Part shown: piece after piece, positions 1 through 10,100 of the stretch
Numbering within the stretch: the stretch's first letter is position 1
Layout: the number at the start of each line of letters is the position of its first letter
NCBI GenBank assembly: GCA_003971905.1
Contig: RSEE01000067.1
Location: 365,089-385,088 of the forward strand
DNA from: Moniliella sp. 'wahieum'
Lineage: Eukaryota
Direction: 5' to 3'
DNA length: 20,000 nt
Translations under genes and position numbers: made by a program
Notes under the pieces: generated by a model
What the model was told of the DNA's origin: nothing
Databases searched by the model: none
The model's input: only the letters and a program-made list of their open reading frames with translations

Positions 1-47
1 TGGCTGCCTCCGCGAACGCACCTGCCGCCGACGGCACGCCAGCCTAC

Positions 48-1142
48 ATGCGCGCCGCGACCTTGATGGAAACATCGCTGAAGTGCGCAAGATCAGCATG
101 GGCAACTCCTCGTTCCGTTCCGAATGGAAAGGCCAATCCCAACGCGCCTAAGAGCTGGGGCATCCAACTTGTTTCGCTCCTTGACCTATGGCCTCTGGCT
201 GACCATCCCAAATACGTCGATCCCAAGGCCCCTGTGCCCACCTTTCGCCCCTCACCCTGCTCCGCTGGTCTCTCCTTCGCGCCGCGATCCCCGTCCTCCT
301 CCAATACGCCATCTCGTACCTATTCAACGACGTGCTCTACAAGGACCAGCATCGCCAGTCTCCCAGGCAGGCATCAACAAGTGGGTCGCGATTCCCTTTT
401 ACATGTTGTTCTATACTTTTGGGCGTCCAGGTCATTTGGGAATGCCGCAACCTCGGTGCCAAGTATGGATACTTTGTGACGCTGCAGGCCGCGGGACCAG
501 GTGCCCGACGCTATGAGTGGCCGGGTTGCTGCCAGTCTCTTGCTCACTGTGTCCCAGCGGTCTTTATGGGTCGCGAACCACGTGGGACGCCGATTCGAAA
601 CCGGTGGTTCGCTGGCAGCTGCCCATCCAGATGGCCGTCTACGCTTGGACACTTGATTTTACTACTATGGTACCACCGGTCATGCACGAGTCGGATTCGC
701 TCTGGCCTTACCACGTACCCACCACTTGTCAGCCATCCCAACACTCTCTCACTCTCTTTGCCGATGACGAACAGGAGCTCTTTGACATGGTTGGCATTCC
801 GTTCCTCACATGGCTCACCATGGCGCCCCATCTCGTTCCTGCGGCCCAACTTTTATGAGTGGTGGTTCTGCAACACGATGGTGACTGTCGTTGAGCTTTT
901 CGGGCACGCCGGATTGCGACTGTACTTTACTGCGTTCCAAGCGTTTCCCTTCCTGCTGCAAGCGCTCGACATGGACATTGCTATTGAGGACCATGATTCA
1001 CCACCGCCGTGGTGGAAGCACTCGGGCAACTATGGGAAACAGACACGTATCTGGGACCGCATCTTTGGCAACTGTTCTCCCGCGTGATGAAGGGCCTAAC
1101 GAGAACATTGACAAAAAGATGCTGGTCGAAATGCCTTGGTGA
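48..1142 (+). CDS. Fatty acid hydroxylase / sterol desaturase superfamily membrane protein (frameshifted; 5' end uncertain, may start upstream of the window)
   Basis: Stitched frames give WQLPIQMAVYAWTLDF..YH(R)xMHESDSLWPYH(R)THH...LTLFADDEQELFDMVGIP...FYEWW...ELFGHAGLRLY...IEDHDxHHR...NYGKQTRIWDRIFG...MLVEMPW* (TGA 1140-1142). These are the di-iron His boxes plus the NYG...WDR.FG terminal motif of this family. Confidence 0.82.
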
Positions 1143-1754
1143 AACGTGGGACGGATGGTGACGGGTTCGTGCTTGTCACACCTATCCTTCCATTGCCTCG
1201 ATCACTCGCACCGCTTATCCATTGCCTTTCTCTTGTGTCGTTCTTTTCTTCGCCCCATGATGCCACGTTTGTCGTAACCCAATCCTTGCCCGCCGTCCGC
1301 TCGCGATCTTTCTTCTGCTACCCTTTTTGCCCGGGTCAGTCCGGCATATGCCCTGGCAAGCTATCACAATCACCCTACTCGGCTCCATATGCTTTGCAGC
1401 CTATTCCCACTATGCCATGTATTGCACCTGCAATGTTTGCTTTCTCACGTCGTTTCCTGTTATCCTTTCCACCTGTGTATAGTTATTGCTCCACGTGCTG
1501 CCTTTACATGTGACCCTAAAACCCAAGTCAAGTAGTCCCGTGCCTCGCATTTTCTTTGTCTACAACCCTTCTTCAAACACCCCTCAGGACAGCTGAGCCC
1601 ACTGGAAATGGTGGTCGACCGAAGACTAATCGTGAAGGCGGTTTCAAGCCCAAGTCATAGTCTCTACGATTATAATCAGGAACACACCGCGTCAGAAAAA
1701 GTTGTTTTGGCCTATGGTCACATGCACGTGTCATACCGTGAAGTATGGCCAGGG

Positions 1755-1793
1755 TAGTCACTAGTCACTATAGAGTCGCTAGTCGCTAGTCAC
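1755..1793. repeat. Imperfect 7-bp tandem repeat (TAGTCRC)x5
   Basis: TAGTCAC TAGTCAC tata GAGTCGC TAGTCGC TAGTCAC read directly. Confidence 0.75.
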
Positions 1794-1826
1794 GTCTATC
1801 GTCTCCGACAGAGGCTGAAGCTTGAA

Positions 1827-1836
1827 GTGACGTCAC
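1827..1836. promoter_or_regulatory. Perfect CRE/ATF-type palindrome GTGACGTCAC upstream of the reductase gene
   Basis: TGACGTCA core with an extra paired flank, ~1 kb upstream of ATG 2822. Function is unproven. Confidence 0.3.
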
Positions 1837-2500
1837 GCAGTGCGATGCGCCTGCGATACAAGGGCTGAATTGCAACACTGCTGCAGCCTGCCGTAAGGTA
1901 ACTCCGTCCCTCTAAAGGCAGACCAGAATTAGGTCCTCAGGTAAGGTCTCACCGGCACAGGTCACCACGCGTAGAAACCGGGGTCCAGGAACCCCCCGGG
2001 GATAGCGTTTTGCTGCTTCTTACTATGCCATTCTGTGCCCCGTTGCCGCGTTACCCCGGTAGTTACCACAAAACAACAATCGTTAATCACACGGCTACTG
2101 TTGTCCGCGGCCTGGGACCTATAGTCCTGCCCTGAGGGTTCACGTTCACCTGAACGGCAGAAGGTGATACATCCCTCCGAAATACGCGGCCTTTGTGTGG
2201 ATCAGATGTGTTGAGGATACGTAAACGTGAGAGGGGCTAAGTTGGGGGGTGAAGCCTTTGGAGCGTGAGGAAATGCAAAAGGCTGATCGACACGGCATGA
2301 AAATATGCACGTGTGTGGCCATGGCCGCAGCTGCGGGGGGACATCGCCACGGCATACACCACACGGGCTGGTGTTCTCGGAGCTCAGGCTGAGCCCTGAG
2401 CGAGCGTTGTGTGCTGAGCGGCTCAGTGGCTGCGCTGAGGCTCCGGACATATCAGTCGCTGTAGCGGGGCGTTGCGCACTGCCGCGGGAGCGCTAGGTGG

Positions 2501-2521
2501 GTTACATGTTACATGTTACAC
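2501..2521. repeat. 7-bp tandem repeat (GTTACAT)x3
   Basis: GTTACAT GTTACAT GTTACAC read directly. Confidence 0.75.
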
Positions 2522-2723
2522 ACGAGCTTGTCTCTCTCAAGCTGCGCATACCGTCCCCGTCCTCCGAAGAATGGCGAAATCTGTGCGGCACGTGATCCAG
2601 CCACGCCAGCAGAAGACGAGGGCGTGACGTGTGCCATGCTTAAAAGTGCGGCGTTCTCCCGCAATTCGATGACAAGTGCGACGAGCCGAGCCAGTTGCCG
2701 CGCACGGGCCACGGCCTGCCGCG

Positions 2724-2730
2724 TATAAAA
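2724..2730 (+). promoter_or_regulatory. TATA box of the reductase gene
   Basis: TATAAAA in GC-rich context ~95 bp upstream of ATG 2822, followed by a pyrimidine-rich leader. Confidence 0.55.
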
Positions 2731-2821
2731 CTCTCAAGCGGATTATGCGAAAACGTGTTCTGCTTCCCCCCACGTTGCCGTCTTTTTCTTCTCCACCCAC
2801 TTTGTTTAGCAATCTCTCAGC

Positions 2822-3907
2822 ATGCCTTCTGTCCCCAAGGGCGACCTGATTCTGATCACCAGCGGCTCTGGTTTCATTGGAGCCTGGATCATCGAGCACG
2901 CGCTGCGCGCCGGATACAAGGTCCGCACCACCGTCCGCTCGGCGGAAAAGGGCAAGTACTTGCAAGACACGTTTGAGCGCAAGCACGGTGCCGGCTCGGT
3001 GGAGTATGTGGTGGTACCGGACATGCAAGTCAAGGGTGCCTTTGATCAGGTGGTGCAGGGTGTGTCCGCGGTGATCCATACCGGCTCGCCTGTGCACTTT
3101 GACACAAGCAAGGACCCATACGAGACGCTGATCAACCCTGCGATCAATGGGGTAACGTCGGTGTTGAACTCGGTGCTTAGCCACGGCACCCAGGTGCGGC
3201 GTGTAGTGGTGACGTCGTCAAATGCGGCCGTGTCCAATGTCAACGCGGATCCGGACACGGTGTTCAACGTGGACACGGACTGGAACACGGTTGATCCCGA
3301 CTTGGTGCAGTCAGACCGGTCAAGTACGCTGGGGCGCCGGCGTATCGTGCATCCAAGACTCTGGCCGAGCGTGCAGCATGGGAGCTGTGGGAAAAGGCAC
3401 GGCCACAGTGGGACTTGACGGCGGTCAACCCAACGTTTGTCTTTGGGCCGTGGCTGCACCAGACGACGCCGAGCACGCTCAACGCGACAGTCCAGTGGCA
3501 GTACCAGCTGTTCCAGGGAAAGATCAGCCAGACGACTACCTGACGCTCAAGGGGGGGTATGTGGACGTGCGGGATGTGGCGGCGATCCATGTGGGCGCGC
3601 TGTCGACGGAGGGGGCGGTGGGGCGGCTGCCGGCGTCGACGGGGACGTGGGTGTGGCAGGACTATGTGGATGCGCTGCATGCGTCGGCAGTGGTGCCGGC
3701 GGCTGTCAAGGCGCGTGTGCCGGCGGGGCAGACGGGCGCGGGGCGTGGCGTGGTGCAGCGGCGGCTGGACGGAGCAAGTCGGAGCGCTTGCTGGGCATCA
3801 AGCCGCTGTCGGTGCAGGCGCAGGTGGATGCGGAGGCGGTGGCGCTGGCAGACTACGAGAAGCGTGGCTGGACGGGGCTGCCGTCGCTCGAGGTGTTGGC
3901 GCTGTGA
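2822..3907 (+). CDS. NAD(P)-dependent extended SDR, Gre2/aldehyde reductase II/dihydroflavonol-reductase-like (frameshifted, no intron evident)
   Basis: LILITSGSGFIG Rossmann motif, GYKVRTTVRS, VIHTGSP, PAINGV..VL, VRRVVVTSS, catalytic AYRASKTLAERAAW (shifted frame ~3338-3385), VNPTFVFGP, YVDVRDVA..H, SERLLGIK; ends ...LEVLAL* at 3907. Confidence 0.9.
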
Positions 3908-4118
3908 GTCGCGTGCACGTGATGCGCATGGGCGTGTGATAGTGATTTCGATTGGATATTGGGTGCGCCCATTCACCATCGAGTAGACGCCGACGTAGAC
4001 CAAGTAGCCGGGCGAGCAGAGCGTGCGCTGGCCAGCGCACGACACCTGCTCTTGCGCGCCCACCGCCACGACGGACGTATCAGGCCGCCCGCGTGTGGCG
4101 GCTGCGGCGCAGCACGTG

Positions 4119-7100
4119 ATGCGCACTCCCACCAAGCTTTGTCCTGCATCGCCCCCGCCGGGCCCCCGCCGCCCACATCCGGTGGGCGCATCCAGCCGCC
4201 GTCCCAGTCGCAGGCGCCCCCCCCTGCCGCCTCGCCCGCCTCGCCCACCCCCACCACTCCGCCGCCCCCCCCGCCATGTCCGCCATGCCCGCCCCTGGTC
4301 ACACCGCCTCTGCCTCCCGCCCCCTCCGCCCCCCCCACGCCCCCCACGCTCGATGTGCTCAGCTCAGACATGCCTCCCGCCACCCAGGCCACTGTCCTTG
4401 CCATCCTCTCCCGCGCCCTCGCCACCGCCACCGCCCCCACCCCTGCCCCTGCCCCGCACACCCCCTCCTCCGCAGCCATTGTCCAGCAGCTCGACGACGC
4501 CCTCCACCCCCACTGGAGCTGCGTTATCGGCACTTCGTACTCGGTGCTCGTTGCCCAAGGTATGTGCTTCTCTCGCCCCACCCCCTCAATGCTAATGCTC
4601 GTCTCCCACACCCTGACCCCATCTGTCCCCCCCCCCCCCCCCCCCCGTCCCCAGATGCCCATACCTTCCTCAAGGCAAAGCAGGGTGATGTTTTCTACAC
4701 CCTCTGGTGCAACCGCATCATCCTCGACCTGCAGTGCCCCACTCCACTCACGTCGCAAATCAACGTAGACGGTGGGACATGTCCCCTGAGCAGGTTGCCC
4801 AGGTATCCCAAGTGGTTACAACGTTGCTTGCCGCTCACCCTACCTCCTATGCCGTGGCCGCCGACGCGATCGCCGCGCGGCTTCAAGAGACCTTCTCTTT
4901 CCCCCAAGACCAAGACGTCCAAGTGGGGGCTTCGTCGTTTCCCTCGGCCAGGACTATGCCCCGGTCCCCAACGAGGCCAGCCCGTCTACGATTCTCCTCT
5001 TGTCCCTGGGCATACTGCGTGCTACGATTTACCACGTCAGCCATCGTTGCCAGCGATTGACATCAGCAAGCATGCTCTGGAACGACCCCCGACCGGCGCC
5101 TGTGTGCATGCCGCTGGCTTGCTCGACGTTGCGGCGCAGAAAGTTGTATTGATCATTTCGCATGCCATCTCACGTTGTTGCAAACGTGGACCTCACCTCC
5201 TCGCCCGACCTCCTTCTGCTCCAATCCAAATTGTCGCGTACCTTGGCCGCGGTCCTAGACAGGGGAGAATGTTTGTCCATGTTGCCAAGTCGGGCACCCC
5301 TATCACGACCCCTCCGATGCCAATGCTTTCGTCATATTTTCCCTTGATGGGTTCGAGTGGAGCGTCCACCCTTCCCACTTCGTCTGCCCATCACAGCCAG
5401 TGGCCGCATCACCTCTCCTCTCTCATATGCACCTGGTCTGGCGCCGCCGCTAGCGCTTGGGCCCGTGCCTCCTGACATGATGCTCGCCTTGCCAGATATG
5501 TCGGTTGGCATCGACTCGCTTCCTCCTGGCTCTGGGAGCAGTCCACGGACGGAAATCTTGCCTGCAGACCCCGATGTAACCCAGTTGAGCGGGTCAACCG
5601 AGTACGCCGTTGAAGAAGGCCGACCAGTCGCCATGATAAGGGAGGCGCACATGCCCCTCTTTCTGCAAGGTGCAGCCACCCGTGCGGCCGAGATGACTCT
5701 TGTCTCGGATCAGGGGGACCCGGTTCCTTTCGAACAACAACGTGTGGCTCAAAATGTCTTATCGGCTGTACTCCCCCGTCTAAGGAACTGTACGCGCCCC
5801 GAGGCCAATGGCACATTCGCTTTGCCGCCTTGGTCCCAGCCAATGCAATCTACTCTCTTCTCTTACTCTGCAAGGCCACCCGATCGCGGTCTTTCTTCTT
5901 CCTCCTGGGGTCGCCCCCGATCAAGGAGAATCTGACGACGTAGTGGAGGGTTTCCGTCTTTCTACTCCCGCGCCTTCCACTCCGGCTCCAGTAGTGCTGG
6001 ATGCAGCGGGAGGATGGACGCGCGCCCCACGCTTCGCTTGCAGAACCCTCCTACCCCCTTACAAAGTCACGAGAAGACCGAATCTGTCTCCCCACTTGGC
6101 TCAGGACTAGGAGAGGTCTCTTCAGGTGCACCAGACCAGGAGTTGAAGGCGCCCGCGTCCATGTTGCTAGCGGCCCAGCAGTGTACGCAATGCAATGCAA
6201 GCCCATGAACCTGATGGCAAGTGCTCATGGCGCTGCAACAAACGTTGGTGCAACAAACCAATGCGCTCCACTTGACGGGCCAATGGAACTTTGGTCTACG
6301 ACGGCGAGAGACCCAGGGGGGCGATTTATCCCACATGGATTCCTTGCCACCGTTGACACCGTCTTCACCTCCTGATAAGGGCAGGTACACGATCCAGCTT
6401 CAGGCTTCGCCTCACCTCGCCATCACTGCCTGGTTCATCCCGCGTCCCCCTCCGCCCCCGTCTGCTTCCAACGCCGGACCGTCGCTGTCAGCAACTGCTC
6501 CGAGAATGGCGATGCAGTCAATGGAAAAGAAGATAGAGAAGGAGACGGTGCTCAAGACACAAGTTGTCTCTGCTGCGACAACTCCATCCCTGGTCCAGTC
6601 CGCGTTCGGAAGAGCAAGAACCCTCTTCCTGGTACTCAGCTCTTCCTCGTCGTTCCACGTCTCCTGCTGCTCCACCCCCGAGCGCCTCCTCGACTGGTAT
6701 CGTCAAGGGAGTCAAAGGAAGCAACTTGGCCGTGGCCGAACTCCACCTATCTCCTCCCCTACCCACTCTCCCAGCCACAAATCGCTTAGCCTCAAATCCC
6801 CACCCAGTTTATCGCGCTCCCGCCTGAGCCCTGGGAGCCCAGGACTCCACCCCAAGTCCATGAAATCGTTTCTGTCTCTTAGCCGACACCGCCCGAGCTT
6901 GGCCCAGCCCGTCGTCTCCCACGGTCTGAGCGGCGACGCAGCAGGTCAGTTTGATGCTGCTCATGATGGGTCGACAGCGGAGGGACTGTACTCGTTCTGA
7001 ACGCTGTGTCGCCTGCCATCCCGCATCTTCCCCCTTCGTCACGGGAAGGATCGACGGTACGGTCGGAGACAAAGAGCGATGCAGGGCACGAAGCGCAGGC

Positions 7101-10100
7101 GCCAATGCCATCGATCGGGCTGGACTTGGGCCTTCCCTCGCCATATTCGATGGACGTTTCTCCGGATCCAGTGGCGCGCCCGCAACATCCTCCATCGGCC
7201 TTTTCGAACCCGCGTCCCCGACAGAGCAGACGCAGGAGCAGGAGCAGAAACAAGAGGAGGCCCCGGTGTCGTACCCTCCTCCGCGCCGAAGGCATCAGAA
7301 ACACAGGCAGCTACCCAGGCCGTACGTGGAACGGATGGATTGGGCCTTGCGCCAGTGATGGCTGGGGAAGTGGAAATCCAAAGTGTGGCGATGAAACCAT
7401 TGGGACCGTCCCACGCGACCGAACCTCTCCTGCCTTCTGAGGTAGCGGTAGCAGAGGGGCCAGCTCCGCTCACGCCCGTGCGGATGCCTTCCACCCCTAT
7501 GGTTTCGCAGGATGAACTCAAGCCAGGTACCGATGTGCTAGTGGTGGAGAAGTCGGAGGAACTGATCACGCGCGCCGTTCCAAGCCAAGTCGCCGAACGC
7601 ACTCAACCGTTGGATTGCTTGCCGCGCGAGGTGGGGGCACCAAAAGAGCCAGAGGAGCTAGAGGAATCCAAGATTCCAAAGGCGGACAAGGGGCCATTGG
7701 AGCTACCTCAATCGCCTGAATTCACTCTGCCGTCTGAGCCTGCGGTGCCGGAGGTGCTGGCTTTGCCCTCGCAATCACTGGGGTCTGATGTACCAGCAGT
7801 GCCAGACGACGCGAAAGCGGAGGCACCAGAGCCAGAGGGAGGTGCCAACGGAACTAACCGAGCCTACCATGCCTGCATCTCGATCACCCGAACCTGCACA
7901 GCCATTGGAAACAACAGACAAATCGGAGCCATTGGAAGCAACAGACAAGTCGGAGCCATTGGAAACAACAGACAAATCGGAGCGATTGGAAGCAACAGAC
8001 AAATCGGAGCCATTTGAAGCAACAGACAAATCGGAGCCATTTGAAGCAACAGACAAATCGGTGCCATTGGAAACAATAGGGTCGTTGGAATCATCCGTTT
8101 TAGGGAAAGTGGCGACGTCGTTGTCTTTGCCAGGGGCCGAGCAAATGATCCCCCGAACCATCCCCGCCTCCGCCACATCGTTCCCCTCCGTTTCCTACTA
8201 CGGCGGTGAGGACAACCTTGTGGCCTCCGTCTCGGTGTCGCAGGAGACAAACTCGTGACACCCAGACGTGGTGACCCACGAGGTGACAAGTTCGACCACC
8301 CACCATTGCGGTCGTGGCGGCTTCCCAGCAGGGTCTGGCGTGTACACAGACGCCGCCAGAGTTGGACCCAAGTCCACCGTCTCTGACCGAAAGAGGAAAC
8401 AGTTCCTCTTTAGAAGGTACGTCTTTAATCATTTGTTATTTCTCGTTCTGGATCTTTGATGGTCGATGGGCCCAACGTTGCTGCAGACCAAATTCTAACC
8501 TCTGTACTTTGCTTTTAGAGAGAGGCAAGATGGTCGCTAAAAAGCATATTGTGCGCTGCTTCCCGCCGTCACGCTCGATTCCCTGCTGAGACACTCCACC
8601 TCCCAGGATGTGCAGGGACCCAAGCAGCCAGCGAATTCGACTTCCTCTGCAGATCACGAGACACCACAGCGCCCCTGGAGACGAGAGAAGATCCAGAACA
8701 GGGGGCGAGAAATCGGACAAGCAGTGCAACTCCCCGCAACATCGCGGCCGGAGCAATCGTCTCCCCCGCGACAGCCTTCGGAGCCAGAGGAATGGGAGCT
8801 TCTTGAGGGATCGAGCGAGCAAGAACGAGCTGAACAACCTGTCTCTCCCGAACCTTCTGCTCAATCGCAGCCGTCGGAACCTTCTGAGCCAAATCAGCGG
8901 GAAATGCCCGATGAATCCACGGAACCAGTACCTGAACCAGTGCCTGAACCAGTGCTTGAACCAGCGCCTGAACCAGTGCTTGAACCAGTGCTTGAACCAG
9001 CGCCTGAACCAGTGCTTGAACCAGTGCTTGAGCAAGTGCACATGCTGCAACCAGTGCCTGAACCAGTGCCTGAAGCTGCGACGGAACCAGTACTTGAAGC
9101 TGCGACGGAAGTTGCGGGGGAACCAGCCGCCGAACCACCGCCGAACCAGCCGCTGAACCGGCACAGGCACTCGACATTTCCCCACATGTTGAACCCAACT
9201 TGGGATGGAGTCATTGAAGGCATCGGAGCTATATGACATGAGATGTCACAGGAAAGAGCTGAGGCAGTCAAGCCACTCCAATCTCCCGAGACTATGCAGT
9301 CTTCTCAACCCACCGAGACGCAAAGGTCGCAACAAACGGTGTCAATTGAGTCACGGGGTCTGACTCCTCCTGCAGAAGGAGAAGAACCGGAGGCGCGAGG
9401 GGTACCCATGGGACTAGCCGAATCAACCTCATCAATTGGATCCCCTCACGTTCTGCAACCTTTGAACCGTCTGGGACTCTCGGAGGAGCCCCAGGCGCGT
9501 TCCGAACCCCCAGAAGCAGGGGAGCCACAAAAGTGGCTTATGCAACAGGAGACACCAGCAGCTGTCACGCCCCTCCATCCGACTGTGCCTGTCCAGCACT
9601 GTCAACCCTCCGAGTTGCAAGTCCCCCGACTGTCAGAGGGACCATCAGTCCATGCCCCTTCCTCCTCTCGAGAAGGGACACGACCTGGCGATGACAGAGA
9701 CGCATGTGCAAGAGATTGCACAGGCAGTGGTACTACCTGGGACGGGTGAGCTTTTGGAGGCGAAAGAACTGCCAGAGGGATCGGCGGGGCCTGCCAATAC
9801 TCTGCAAGCACCCAAGCCACTGGAGCAAACGCAGCAAGCACAGCATACGGGGCGGAGGAGCCTTCAGAGTCGTCACAACGACAGATGCCAAGGGAGCCGA
9901 GAAGGAAGCCATGGCACCTGCAATACACCCGTCTCCAATCAATCCACCTCGATCGTTTCCTGCACCTCCGGCGATGGAGGAAATGCATTTGCACTCGATT
10001 TTGAAGTCGCAGGAGGGACGCGCTCATGTCTCTCCGACGATAACGACCCACAAAATGACAGGGTCGGACGTCATCACTACGCTTGTAGAGGCCTCCAAGC

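Noticed and set aside
1136..2500. ORFs 1136-1513, 2146-2364, 2202-2450 and 2305-2496
   Set aside because: They fall in pyrimidine-rich 3'-UTR or intergenic sequence and have no recognisable motifs or coherent coding bias.
48..3907. Secondary-metabolite or lipid gene cluster (hydroxylase plus reductase)
   Set aside because: Only two generic enzymes, with no backbone synthase or transporter in the window. It cannot be excluded upstream of position 1.
7899..8075. CRISPR-like array
   Set aside because: The 27-bp units are contiguous with no unique spacers, in frame, and in a eukaryotic gene.
8436..9239. Minus-strand ORFs with WFKHWFRR / ALVQALVQ / GSSTGSG repeats, and the + strand NQCLNQCL frame
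   Set aside because: These are shadow translations of the 12-bp repeat, which lacks stops in several frames. The EPVP/EPVL frame matches the composition of the surrounding protein and the intron orientation.
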